Sequence record: SRR31156797_9179
Length of the DNA stretch: 64,000 nt
Reading direction: 5' to 3' (one strand)
Position numbers and translations under genes: made by a program. This document shows positions 1-9,944 of this stretch, piece after piece (position 1 is the first letter of the stretch; every line of letters starts with the position of its first letter). The notes beneath the pieces were generated by a model. The model saw only the letters and a list, made by a program, of their open reading frames with translations. It did no database searches and was not told where the DNA came from.

Positions 1-24
1 GCGGTTCAAGCCCGCCTCTCGCTA
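1..24 (+). tRNA. 3' end of a tRNA, truncated by the window edge (probably tRNA-Met)
   Basis: T-arm (G)GCGG-TTCAAGC-CCGCC, acceptor 3' strand TCTCGCT and discriminator A, followed by a terminator. The anticodon is outside the window, so the isotype is a recollection of Bacteroidota tRNA-Met ends. Confidence 0.75.
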
Positions 25-26
25 CT

Positions 27-62
27 AAAAGGGGAAACAATGAAAATTGTTTTCCCTTTTTT
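27..62 (+). terminator. Intrinsic terminator after the tRNA
   Basis: GGGAAACAAT-GAAA-ATTGTTTTCCC hairpin followed by a T run. Confidence 0.7.
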
Positions 63-233
63 CATATCCTAAATTTTCTCTTTCTAAATCATGATGATTT
101 CGTTTCATTGGTGATTAATTTGATAAATTATCAAAGTTTTTATAAAAAAAACACTTGTTAATCTAACATTAACCCTCTTGTTAATCTACTCCCTTTATAT
201 TAGTTGCCGAATTAATAATTAGATTTTTATCGA

Positions 234-2408
234 ATGAGACTATTTGTACTAACCTCTTTTATTGGACTTATTTTTTTTAGTTCATGTTCTATTAAGAAGG
301 AAGAAAGTTCAGCTTTGGATTTTATAGATCCTACTATTGGGAATGTTGGTCATATTTTGCAACCTACCCGACCGACTGTCCAGTTGCCAAATCAAATGAC
401 AAGAATGTATCCTGATAGGAAGGATTATTTGGATGATCAGATTTCAAAATTTCCATTAAATGTAGTTTCTCATCGAATAGCTAGTGCTTTTTCAGTAAAA
501 CCATCAGTAGGAGATGTGAATGCAGAAAAATGGAATGAAAGGTTGACCTACGATCACGATCTGGAAGTTACCAGACCTTGGTATTATTCAACACAGTTGA
601 TAGATATTGAAGCAAAAGTAGAATATACAGTAGGTGAAAAAACGGGAATTTTCAGATTTACCTATCCTAATGGAGTAAAAAAGAACCTTCATTTCGATCA
701 CTATTTTAAGAATGGTAATTTTCAAACAGAAAAGAATGTTATAACAGGTTTAGAAACATTTGATAATGTAAAAATATACTTGTACGCCACTTTATCAGGG
801 AAACCTGTGTTTGAATTGGAAGATGATAAGTTATTGGCAAGTTATGCTGAAAATTCTGAGTCTGAAGTAGAATTAAAGTATGCGACCTCTTTTATTAGTG
901 TTGATCAAGCCAAATTAAATTATGAGGCTGAGTTAACTAATATATCATTTGAGGAATTACAAGCTAAAGGGGAACTTGCCTGGAGTAAAGTTATTAATCA
1001 GATTGAAGTAGAAGGTGGAACTGAAGCTCAAAAACGAACTTTTTATACTTCTTTATATCGTTGTTACGAGAGAATGACCAATATCTCAGAAGGAGGGAAG
1101 TACTTTAGTGGTTTTGACAATAAGATTCACAAAGGAGAACGTCCATTTTATGTTGATGATTGGGTTTGGGATACCTATTTGGCTCAACATCCATTAAGAA
1201 TGATTTTGCAGCCAGATGTTGAAGCTGATATGTTACAATCATACGTTGATATGTATAGGCAAAGTGGTTGGGTTCCACAATTTCCTGTAATTTATGGCGA
1301 TCATGCCTGTATGAATGGATTTCATTCTTCCATCACATTTTGGGATGCTTATCAGAAAGGAATACGAAATTTTGATGTAGATAAGGCATTTGAAGGAATG
1401 CTGAAAAATGCGGAAGAAGCAACCATGTTGCCATGGAGAAATGGTGAGAAGTGTGAGTTGGATGATTTCTATCATAGAGAAGGATTTTACCCTGCTATTA
1501 AGGAAGGTGAAAAAGAACCATGCTCCAGAGTGCATTCTTTTGAAAACAGACAGGCTGTAGCTATTACATTGGGACATTCTTACGATGATTGGGCTTTGGC
1601 TGAAATGGCAAAAGAGCTTAAACAGGATAAAGTTTACGAGAAGTATATTCCTCGTGCAAAGAATTACATCAATTTATGGCACCCAGAGAAGAAAATGTTT
1701 TTGCCTAAAGATGGTAATGGCAAATGGATTGATATAGATCCTAAATTTGATGGAGGAATGGGAGCACGTTCGTACTATGATGAAAATAATGGGTGGACTT
1801 ATTTATGGCAAACTCAACATGATGTTGAAGGATTGATTTCATTAATGGGAGGAACTTCTCAATTTGAAGCTAAATTAGATCAAATGTTTCGTGAAGATTT
1901 AGGTCGAAGTAAATTTGAATTCTGGTCGAAACTACCTGATGCTACAGGATTGGTTGGACAGTTCTCAATGGGTAATGAACCCAGTTTTCACATTCCGTAT
2001 TTGTTCAATTATACCAATTCGCCTTGGAAAACACAGAAATGGACCCGCTTTCTACTAGATGTTTGGTTTAAGGATAATATTTTTGGAATTCCAGGAGATG
2101 AAGATGGTGGAGGAATGACTGCATTTGTTGTGTTTACTTCAATGGGATTTTATCCGGTAACACCAGGTTTGCCTGTTTATACCATTACAAGTCCATTATT
2201 CGAGAAAGTAAAGATCAACTTAGAGAATGGTAACACATTTACCATGATTGCGAAAAATTGCTCTAAAAAGAATAAATACATTCAATCTGCCAAGCTAAAT
2301 GGAAAAGTACTTGAAAAACCATGGTTTACACATGAAGATTTGATGAATGGAGCAACTATTGAATTGGAAATGGGAGAGTTGCCAAATAAAAGTTGGGGAG
2401 TAAAATAA
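234..2408 (+). CDS. GH92 family alpha-1,2-mannosidase, lipoprotein
   Basis: 724 aa; lipobox FFSSC; GH92 motifs WDTY, SYDDW, GNEPSFHIPYL, PGDEDGGGM. Confidence 0.9.
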   Translation: MRLFVLTSFIGLIFFSSCSIKKEESSALDFIDPTIGNVGHILQPTRPTVQLPNQMTRMYPDRKDYLDDQISKFPLNVVSHRIASAFSVKPSVGDVNAEKWNERLTYDHDLEVTRPWYYSTQLIDIEAKVEYTVGEKTGIFRFTYPNGVKKNLHFDHYFKNGNFQTEKNVITGLETFDNVKIYLYATLSGKPVFELEDDKLLASYAENSESEVELKYATSFISVDQAKLNYEAELTNISFEELQAKGELAWSKVINQIEVEGGTEAQKRTFYTSLYRCYERMTNISEGGKYFSGFDNKIHKGERPFYVDDWVWDTYLAQHPLRMILQPDVEADMLQSYVDMYRQSGWVPQFPVIYGDHACMNGFHSSITFWDAYQKGIRNFDVDKAFEGMLKNAEEATMLPWRNGEKCELDDFYHREGFYPAIKEGEKEPCSRVHSFENRQAVAITLGHSYDDWALAEMAKELKQDKVYEKYIPRAKNYINLWHPEKKMFLPKDGNGKWIDIDPKFDGGMGARSYYDENNGWTYLWQTQHDVEGLISLMGGTSQFEAKLDQMFREDLGRSKFEFWSKLPDATGLVGQFSMGNEPSFHIPYLFNYTNSPWKTQKWTRFLLDVWFKDNIFGIPGDEDGGGMTAFVVFTSMGFYPVTPGLPVYTITSPLFEKVKINLENGNTFTMIAKNCSKKNKYIQSAKLNGKVLEKPWFTHEDLMNGATIELEMGELPNKSWGVK

Positions 2409-2467
2409 CAACCATTTAAATATAGGGTGTAAAATCCTGAATAATACATAGTAAAAGAAAATAGAAG

Positions 2468-2500
2468 ATAAGGTCGGCATTTTGTCGACCTTATTTATTT
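2468..2500 (+). terminator. Intrinsic terminator
   Basis: ATAAGGTCGGCA-TTT-TGTCGACCTTAT hairpin with T-rich tail. Confidence 0.65.
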
Positions 2501-2558
2501 TCATAGGATTTCAAATCCTTTATCTTTGTTATCCTTTAAAAATTTAAACATCTATATC

Positions 2559-3068
2559 ATGACAAATAATTGGTTCGAGTGCAAAGTAAAATATGTTAAA
2601 ATTGACGAAGTATCGGGTAAAGAAAAGAAAGTATCCGAGCCATATTTGGTAGATGCAATGTCGTTTACCGAAGCTGAAGCGAGAATTCACAAAGAATTGG
2701 AGCAAATGATAAGTGGTGAATTTAATGTTACCAATATCAGTAAATCTAATGTTGTAGAATTGTATCCAAACGAAAATGGAGACCGCTGGTACAAAGCAAA
2801 AGTTAGTTTTGTAGATGTTGATGAAGCATCAGGAAAAGAGAAGAAGGCAAACCAATATATGTTGGCTGAAGCGAACAATGTAAAAGAAGCTTATGAGTTT
2901 TTAGAAGACTGTTTAAGCGATATGATTGTACCTTTCGAGATTCCTGCAATTACAGAAAGTCCAATCATGGATGTTTTCCCATTTTTTACAGATGAAGTTA
3001 ACGAAGAGATTCCAGAAAACTTAAAACCAATTTCGGAAATTGAGCCGAATGAAAATGAATTTGAATAG
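2559..3068 (+). CDS. DUF4494-like Bacteroidota protein
   Basis: WFECKVKY...EPYLVDAMSFTEAEARI and WYKAKVSF...SGKEKK internal repeat. ATG at 2559 preferred over TTG at 2526. Confidence 0.8.
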   Translation: MTNNWFECKVKYVKIDEVSGKEKKVSEPYLVDAMSFTEAEARIHKELEQMISGEFNVTNISKSNVVELYPNENGDRWYKAKVSFVDVDEASGKEKKANQYMLAEANNVKEAYEFLEDCLSDMIVPFEIPAITESPIMDVFPFFTDEVNEEIPENLKPISEIEPNENEFE

Positions 3069-3363
3069 ATCAGAATTTTCTGATCAGGTTTTTTACGGAA
3101 ACGTTTGTTTTCTGTTGAAAAACATACATGTTAGGTTCTTGTTTTTGTTGGCTTAGTGCATCTAGTATTAAGATTAATAGGTGTTTGATTGAATGATTAT
3201 GGTAAGTGTTGATTTTTTCTTTTTTCTTCGGTAAAAAATCTTTCTTCTTATACATTTGTTCCCACAAACAAACACAAATTATTCATGCAATGGTTATTTT
3301 AAATTTTGAAAAGGGGATATTTCAAAATTTACTAAGTAGCCAGGCAAAAAGTATAATCACACA

Positions 3364-4770
3364 ATGAAAACAAGAACTGAGCATGACCTAATTGGATACA
3401 AAGAAGTTCCTGAAGAGGCTTATTACGGTATTCAAACTTTACGAGCAATTGAAAATTTCAATATTTGCGGAGTTAAACTTAGTGCTTACCCTAAGTTTAT
3501 TAAAGGTTTAACAATGGTGAAATGGGCTGCAGCCAAAGCGAATAACGAGCTTGGTTTGATGGCTACAGATACAACCGATGCTATTCTTAAAGCTTGTGAG
3601 GAGATTATTGATGGTAAATTTCACGAGAATTTTCCAGTTGATATGATTCAAGGTGGAGCAGGTACTTCTACCAATATGAATGTGAACGAGGTTATTGCTA
3701 ACCGAGGATTGGAAATTTTGGGTTATCAAAAAGGAGAGTACGATCATTGTCATCCTAACAATCACGTTAATTTATCTCAATCAACAAACGATGCATACCC
3801 AACAGGGATTAAAATTGCATTGATTTTGATGAATGAAGATTTAGTTGCTGGACTAAAAAGCTTAATTGCTGGATTTCGCGCTAAAGGAGAAGAGTTCAAG
3901 GATGTTTTGAAGATGGGTAGAACTCAGCTTCAGGATGCGGTTCCAATGACTTTAGGACAAGAGTTTGAAGCTTGGGCTGTAACCCTTGAAGAGGAAATTG
4001 AGAGATTGAATCAGAATGCGAAATTGTTCCTTGAAGTAAACATGGGAGCAACTGCAATCGGTACAGGAATTAACTCAGAACCTGAATATTCAGATAAGTG
4101 TGTGAAACACTTGCGTGATATCACTAACCTAGATATTGTTTTAGCTGGTAACCTGATTGAAGCAACTCCTGATACAGGATCATATGTAATGTATTCATCA
4201 GCAGTTAAGCGTTTGGCAGTTAAATTGTCGAAAATTTGTAACGATTTACGTTTGCTTTCTTCTGGTCCTCGTTGTGGATTCAACGAAATTAACTTGCCAA
4301 AAATGCAACCAGGATCATCTATCATGCCAGGAAAAGTAAATCCTGTAATTCCTGAGGTTGTAAATCAGATTGCATATAAAGTTATTGGTAATGATTTGAC
4401 TGTAACATTTGCTGCAGAAGCAGGACAATTACAGTTGAATGTAATGGAGCCTGTATTGGTTCGTGCGATTCTTGAATCAATGGAAATGTTGGAGAATGGA
4501 ATGGCAACATTAAAAGAGCGTTGCATTGAAGGAATTACTGCTAACGAAGAACATTGTAAAGAAATGGTATTAAACAGCATCGGAATTGTAACAGCTGTTA
4601 ATCCAACATTAGGATATGAAGCTTCTTCTCGTATTGCTAAAAGAGCTTTGGCAGAAAACAGAAGTGTTTACGATTTAATTCTTGAAGAAGGATTATTGAG
4701 TAAGGAGAAGCTAGACGAAATTCTTTCTCCGGAAAGAATGATCAAGCCTCAAAAGTTTGTGAAGGCTTAA
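3364..4770 (+). CDS. aspA: Aspartate ammonia-lyase
   Basis: QGGAGTSTNMN, SQSTNDAYPT, GRTQLQDAVP, GSSIMPGKVNP signature. Confidence 0.95.
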   Translation: MKTRTEHDLIGYKEVPEEAYYGIQTLRAIENFNICGVKLSAYPKFIKGLTMVKWAAAKANNELGLMATDTTDAILKACEEIIDGKFHENFPVDMIQGGAGTSTNMNVNEVIANRGLEILGYQKGEYDHCHPNNHVNLSQSTNDAYPTGIKIALILMNEDLVAGLKSLIAGFRAKGEEFKDVLKMGRTQLQDAVPMTLGQEFEAWAVTLEEEIERLNQNAKLFLEVNMGATAIGTGINSEPEYSDKCVKHLRDITNLDIVLAGNLIEATPDTGSYVMYSSAVKRLAVKLSKICNDLRLLSSGPRCGFNEINLPKMQPGSSIMPGKVNPVIPEVVNQIAYKVIGNDLTVTFAAEAGQLQLNVMEPVLVRAILESMEMLENGMATLKERCIEGITANEEHCKEMVLNSIGIVTAVNPTLGYEASSRIAKRALAENRSVYDLILEEGLLSKEKLDEILSPERMIKPQKFVKA

Positions 4771-4806
4771 ACAACAATACTCTATCATAAGAGTTCTTGG
4801 CGCACT

Positions 4807-4848
4807 AAAGAGGTTGCTTCGTTTATCGAGGTCAACCTCTTTTATTTT
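4807..4848 (+). terminator. Intrinsic terminator
   Basis: AAAGAGGTTG...CAACCTCTTT hairpin plus T tail. Confidence 0.7.
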
Positions 4849-4888
4849 ATGGAATATTATTAAATTTATCTGATCAGAAATCTATGAC

Positions 4889-5386
4889 ATGACAGAAATA
4901 ACTTTTAAGCCAATAGGAACAATTCGTACGCCGCACCTTTCTCGTGAGGGGATGCCAATTCAGCCTTTAAGTGCAACAGGTATAAAAGCAAAGGTTGAGC
5001 TCAATCCTGAATATGTGGAAGGATTAATGGACCTGGAATCTTTCTCTCATGTTATTTTGCTGTATCATTTGCATGAATCGAATGGATACGATTTACAGGT
5101 AAAACCTTTTATGGATGATGTTATACATGGATTGTTTGCAACAAGAGCTCCTCGTCGCCCGAATGCAATTGGGATGTCAACTGTAAAGCTTGTTGGTATT
5201 GAAGACAATATTCTGCATGTTGAGGATGTAGATATTTTAGATGGAACACCATTGCTGGATATCAAACCATTCTTTTCCAAGTTCGACAACCGACCAAATG
5301 CAGTTTCAGGTTGGTTGGATGAAACATGGAAAGAAAAGAATTATAAGATTAAATCAGATAGAAGATTCTTAGAAAAGAAAAAGTAA
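4889..5386 (+). CDS. trmO: tRNA m6t6A37 methyltransferase TrmO (TsaA/YaeB family)
   Basis: PIGTI, GLFATRAPRRPNAIGMS, DILDGTPLLDIKP. Confidence 0.9.
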   Translation: MTEITFKPIGTIRTPHLSREGMPIQPLSATGIKAKVELNPEYVEGLMDLESFSHVILLYHLHESNGYDLQVKPFMDDVIHGLFATRAPRRPNAIGMSTVKLVGIEDNILHVEDVDILDGTPLLDIKPFFSKFDNRPNAVSGWLDETWKEKNYKIKSDRRFLEKKK

Positions 5387-5523
5387 TCTACTCAAGTTGA
5401 TTGGGCGATACTTCCCAAAATGTTTGGGTACTACTTCCCAAGTAGCTCGGGCAACACTACTCAAAATGTTTGGGCAGTATTTCCCAAGATGTTTGGGTAA
5501 CACTGCTCAAGTGGTTTGAATAC
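5386..5523. repeat. Degenerate tandem array, 6 x 23 bp, units palindromic (CCCAA..TTGGG)
   Basis: Units start at 5386, 5409, 5432, 5455, 5478 and 5501, e.g. TACTTCCCAAAATGTTTGGGTAC and TATTTCCCAAGATGTTTGGGTAA. Confidence 0.9.
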
Positions 5524-5527
5524 TGAT

Positions 5528-6538
5528 TTAGTTTAGAACAAGATCTTTAAGTGTTGCTATCCATTTTGGATGATCGTTTAAACTTTCCACCAATACCAAT
5601 TTTTGACCACCATTTTCTTCAAATATTTCAGCATATTCCATTCCTATTTCAATGGTTGTTTCCAAACAATCAGCAACAAATGCAGGGCTGAATACCATTA
5701 GTTTTTTAGCTCCTTTTTTAGGCAGCTCTTCAACTACTTTATCCGAGAACGGTTCCAGCCAATTTTTATCCAATCGCGATTGGAAGGCAACCGTGTACTT
5801 GTCTTTTGGTATGTTGAGTTTTTCAGCCAGTAATCTGCTTGTTTCAAAACAGGTTGATTTATAGCAAAAATAGTCCGTTTCAGGTTTAAATTTTTTGTGG
5901 CAATTGCAGGTATGACAATCAAGATGAGGATGAACTTTGTTTATTTGCCTAATGGGTAAGCCATGATATGAGAATACAAAATGGTCAAATTCAGTTAAAT
6001 CATGCTTGTTGGCATTGTCAGCAATCGTATCCAAATATCCTTTGTGATCGAAAAACTGATTTACAAATTTAATCTCTGGAATAACTTCCCAACTTTTAAT
6101 AATATCCATAGCCTTCTCGTAAGTTGAGCCAGTGGTTGATGAAGCATATTGAGGATACATTGGTAAAATGACCAATTTGGCAGGCATGTCAAGTCTGATT
6201 TTCTCTAAAACCTTTTTCAAAGATGGCTCCTGATAGCGCATTGCCAATTCTACCGTATAGTTTTCATCTAATTCTTCTTGAAGAAGTGCCTTTACCTTTT
6301 CACCATAAATCATCAAAGGTGAGCCCTCTTTGGTCCACAATTGCTTGTATATTTTCGATGATCCCTTTGCTCGGAAAGGAACAATAATCAGGTTCACTAA
6401 AATTTTACGAAGCAACCAGGGGATATCAATTACCCTGCGATCGTTTAAAAACTCGAAAAGATAGGTGCGAACATTTGAAACACTGGGACTTTTAGGTGTT
6501 CCCAGGTTTAGAAGAAGAACAGTTGTTTTTTTAGGCAT
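5528..6538 (-). CDS. hemH: Ferrochelatase
   Basis: LLLNLGTP, LAMRY, PMYPQYASSTTGS, FSYHGLP, FQSR, FVADCLETTIEI. Confidence 0.95.
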   Translation of the reverse strand: MPKKTTVLLLNLGTPKSPSVSNVRTYLFEFLNDRRVIDIPWLLRKILVNLIIVPFRAKGSSKIYKQLWTKEGSPLMIYGEKVKALLQEELDENYTVELAMRYQEPSLKKVLEKIRLDMPAKLVILPMYPQYASSTTGSTYEKAMDIIKSWEVIPEIKFVNQFFDHKGYLDTIADNANKHDLTEFDHFVFSYHGLPIRQINKVHPHLDCHTCNCHKKFKPETDYFCYKSTCFETSRLLAEKLNIPKDKYTVAFQSRLDKNWLEPFSDKVVEELPKKGAKKLMVFSPAFVADCLETTIEIGMEYAEIFEENGGQKLVLVESLNDHPKWIATLKDLVLN

Positions 6539-6651
6539 AGTAATAGCTATTCGATCGAAATTAAAAAGGAAACAATAGTACCAGTTTCCTCTGTTAAATT
6601 AATATTTTTTCTGCTATATGGTACAACAAAGTGCAAACAGAATTGTTCGGC

Positions 6652-7545
6652 TTACTTTAGCCAATTGATTCCTTTTTTTAACAATTGAAGTGTTTTCTCT
6701 TCTTTCGATCCTTCCTTAATTTCGTATTGATAGGTCCATTTCACTTCTGGAGGCATGCTCACGAGAATTGATTCTGTTCTTCCATTGGTGTCCAAACCAA
6801 ATTTAGTGCCTTTGTCCAGCACCAAATTAAACTCAACGTAGCGTCCGCGGCGATGCAATTGCCAATCTTTTTCCTGTTCTGTATAGTTTTTGTTCGCTTT
6901 TTTGCTCATTATACCGCAATAAAGAGGAGCAAATAAGTTACCAACATCCATTACAAAACTAAATATATCCTCCTTACTCATGCCATTAGCACCATTCAAA
7001 TGATCGAAGAAAATACCACCAACACCTCGAGTTTCTTCTCTAAATGGCAGGTAGAAATAATCGTCAGCCCAAGGTTTGAATTTATCGTAGAATTCAGAGT
7101 GATGACGATCACAAACCTCTTTTAATTTGGTGTGGAATTCTTTGGCTTCATCCTTATCGATATAAATTGGAGTAAGATCAATTCCTCCGCCAAACCAAAA
7201 AGTACCATCTTCCAATTCAAAGTAGCGAACATTCATGTGTACAATGGGAACATGAGGATTCTCAGGATGCATAATTAAAGAGACACCTGTAGCAAAGAAA
7301 TTCTCAGCGCTAATTTTTAGTTTGTCTTTTATTTTATCTGGCAACTTACCATGAACAGCCGAAAACTGAACACCACCTTTTTCAACGATATTTCCATTCT
7401 TGATAACTCGGCTACGACCACCTCCGCCGCCTTCTCTTTCCCATTTGTCTTCCTGGAATTTAGATTTACCATCTGTATTTTCCAAAGCTATGCATATTCG
7501 GTCTTGAAGTTCTTTGAATCTATCTGCAATTTGTTCTTTGTTCAT
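6652..7545 (-). CDS. hemF: Oxygen-dependent coproporphyrinogen III oxidase
   Basis: GGGGRSRV, HPENPHVPIVHMNVRYF, WFGGGIDLTP, RGVGGIFFD, RRGRYVEFNL. Confidence 0.95.
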   Translation of the reverse strand: MNKEQIADRFKELQDRICIALENTDGKSKFQEDKWEREGGGGGRSRVIKNGNIVEKGGVQFSAVHGKLPDKIKDKLKISAENFFATGVSLIMHPENPHVPIVHMNVRYFELEDGTFWFGGGIDLTPIYIDKDEAKEFHTKLKEVCDRHHSEFYDKFKPWADDYFYLPFREETRGVGGIFFDHLNGANGMSKEDIFSFVMDVGNLFAPLYCGIMSKKANKNYTEQEKDWQLHRRGRYVEFNLVLDKGTKFGLDTNGRTESILVSMPPEVKWTYQYEIKEGSKEEKTLQLLKKGINWLK

Positions 7546-7565
7546 AGACTTATCGTGAGGTATAA

Positions 7566-7883
7566 TTATAGAGTTTCGTTTACTGGTTTGTTCTTTTTTC
7601 TAGAGAATCGGCTAATCATTTTTTTCTCGAAGTTCCAAAAGAATCTAAACTGTCCAAATACAGTTCCGACAATCAAAAGTAAAACCTGATATGTAGGTGT
7701 AATAATTAGAATACTTAATAGAATTTGAAGTAGAATATTGGTATCTGATCCTATGGAGAAATAGTCAAAAATTGGATTTCGAACCATTACCGAAAGGCTA
7801 CCTGTTATTGAGAAGACGATGAGAATTAAAACTAATTGGATGTTAGAAGTAATGCCCCAACGTTTTTTAAGCTTTTCAAACAT
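7566..7883 (-). CDS. Small conserved membrane protein (DUF6787-like)
   Basis: KLKKRWGI..QLVLILIVFSITGS and PTYQVLLL..G..FGQFRFFWNFEKKM; 2-3 TM segments. Confidence 0.7.
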   Translation of the reverse strand: MFEKLKKRWGITSNIQLVLILIVFSITGSLSVMVRNPIFDYFSIGSDTNILLQILLSILIITPTYQVLLLIVGTVFGQFRFFWNFEKKMISRFSRKKNKPVNETL

Positions 7884-8015
7884 GTGTTTTATTTAGAATT
7901 GTTTTGAATAAACAAATATAATATAAAATACCTTTTAGTCTGAAATAGAATGTTGGAATTCTATTTGATTTTATTGATAGCCTAATAGAATATGCCACTG
8001 TTGAGTTTAGAGCAT

Positions 8016-8046
8016 AAAAAAACCGCCTCAACATGTGAGGCGGTTT
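8016..8046 (-). terminator. Intrinsic terminator of the POT gene
   Basis: AAACCGCCTCA-ACATG-TGAGGCGGTTT hairpin preceded by an A run on the + strand. Confidence 0.8.
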
Positions 8047-8070
8047 ACTTAAAATATATTTTCAATTTGC

Positions 8071-9636
8071 TTAGCTAGCAACTCTTTCAAGCCACTTTAC
8101 CATAGCAAGCATAACAAACATTGAAAGCGCACAAGCCGCAACAAATACGAACCATGTTAACCACATTGGACTGTTTGTATATAAAATACCACCAATAAAC
8201 AGGATTGAGTTACCTAGAGCTGTTGCAGCTAACCAAGCACCTTGCATAATTCCTTGCATGTGAGGAGGAGCAACTTTTGCTACGAAAGCAATTCCAAGAG
8301 GACTGATAAACAACTCAGCTACCGTTAATATGAAATATAAACCAACCATAATCCATGGAGTTAGTTTAATAGCTTCAAGTGCTTCAGGAGTCATTCCAGC
8401 TAATTCAGCTTTAGTTGGTACTGCAAAAGAGTATACCATTAAGAATACATAAGCTAAAGCTGCGATTCCCATACCAAAAGCAATTTTCTTTGGAGTTGAA
8501 AGATTAATTCCTTTTTTCTCTAAAAATCCAAAGAACCATACAATTACAGGAGTTAAGAATACAACAAATATTGGGTTCACAGCAGCAAAGATTTCTGCAC
8601 CAATAATTTGAGTGAAGCCTAAGTCCATTTTAATAGCACTTAAATCAATATAATCTCTTGCAAAGTAAGTTAAAGAGTATCCGTTTTGGTGGAAAGCAAA
8701 CCAGAAGAAAATAACAACTCCGAATACAGCGAATAGAGCGTAAACACGTTGTTTAATTTCTTTAATATCCATTTGAACTTCTTCCTTCGAAGGACCTTCT
8801 TTACTACCGTTTTCAGCTTTAGCTGACATATCAGGGAACTTTGATTTATTCACTAAATAAATAATCAAAGAAACAGCCATCATTACAATAGCAGTCATAA
8901 ATGCATATTGGAAACCTACACTAAAAACATTAAGGTAATCATTTACAAAAGATCCTAGTTCTGGAGTAGCGCTGCCATCCACCATAACTTCTGATGCATA
9001 TGTAGTTAGCTGATTTAATCTCTCAGGAAGCATTTCTGTACCTGCCTTCATGTGACCAACATATTCGTGACATAATTCAGGTAAAGATGAATTGTAGAAG
9101 AAACCATTTGTTTTTAACCACCAGTTTCTAACACCTACAGCAATAAAAGGAGCAAAAAGAGCACCAATATTGATAAACATATAGAATAACTGAAAACCTG
9201 ACTCTCTTTTATCTCTATACTCATCTTTGTCGTACATCTGACCTACAAGAGCTTGTAAGTTTCCTTTAAATAAACCGTTACCAAAAGCAATAACGAATAA
9301 ACCAAAACAAGTGATACCTAAATATAAAGCTTGGTTAGGTACAGGAGTTGGTGTTGGAATAGCAATCATTACATACCCCAATGCCATTACAATAAGACCA
9401 GTAAAAATAGTGCCCTTGTAATTTTTTGTTTTGTCGGCAATTCTACCGCCAACTAATGCCAATAAATATATTGAGGCATAGAATGCAGAATAAATGTATC
9501 CTGTTGTTGTTTCTGATAATCCAAACTTAGCAGAAATAAATAATGTTAAGATTGCCATCATTATATAGAAGCCAAAACGTTCCCCCATATTAGTTAATGC
9601 TGCAGCAATCATTCCTTTAGGATGTCCTTTAAACAT
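8071..9636 (-). CDS. Proton-dependent oligopeptide (POT/PTR) MFS transporter
   Basis: GERFGFY (ExxERFxYY variant), GNGLFKGN, FYMFINIG, ELFISPLG. Confidence 0.92.
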   Translation of the reverse strand: MFKGHPKGMIAAALTNMGERFGFYIMMAILTLFISAKFGLSETTTGYIYSAFYASIYLLALVGGRIADKTKNYKGTIFTGLIVMALGYVMIAIPTPTPVPNQALYLGITCFGLFVIAFGNGLFKGNLQALVGQMYDKDEYRDKRESGFQLFYMFINIGALFAPFIAVGVRNWWLKTNGFFYNSSLPELCHEYVGHMKAGTEMLPERLNQLTTYASEVMVDGSATPELGSFVNDYLNVFSVGFQYAFMTAIVMMAVSLIIYLVNKSKFPDMSAKAENGSKEGPSKEEVQMDIKEIKQRVYALFAVFGVVIFFWFAFHQNGYSLTYFARDYIDLSAIKMDLGFTQIIGAEIFAAVNPIFVVFLTPVIVWFFGFLEKKGINLSTPKKIAFGMGIAALAYVFLMVYSFAVPTKAELAGMTPEALEAIKLTPWIMVGLYFILTVAELFISPLGIAFVAKVAPPHMQGIMQGAWLAATALGNSILFIGGILYTNSPMWLTWFVFVAACALSMFVMLAMVKWLERVAS

Positions 9637-9944
9637 AAATGTTAGTTTTAATTTATAATAGTTTCGTTCTAGTTATGAGAACGACAAATATATAGAAAAA
9701 ATCAGAAGTCTATAATGATTTGTAAGCGAATCGTACTAATTTAAATCGTTTTCGTAAGCAATGTTAAATTTCAAAAGTTTAGTATCTTTGATAGTAATAC
9801 CTAAAATGCTCTATGTTTCTTGAGAAAATGAGTCTAAAGAAAGGATTACTTGCTTGTAATTCACTCTTATTAATACGCTTTCCGAATAAGACTTTTTTGA
9901 CATGAAACGGAGTATCATTTGATATAACTTATAATAAACTATCT

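Noticed and set aside
1..233. Genomic island integrated at the tRNA
   Set aside because: No integrase, and I saw no second copy of the tRNA 3' end in the window. Downstream genes are core-like.
3070..3267. 65-aa minus-strand ORF
   Set aside because: Low-complexity intergenic sequence overlapping the aspA promoter, with no protein-like features.
5386..5523. CRISPR array
   Set aside because: Units are contiguous with no unique spacers, and there are no cas genes.
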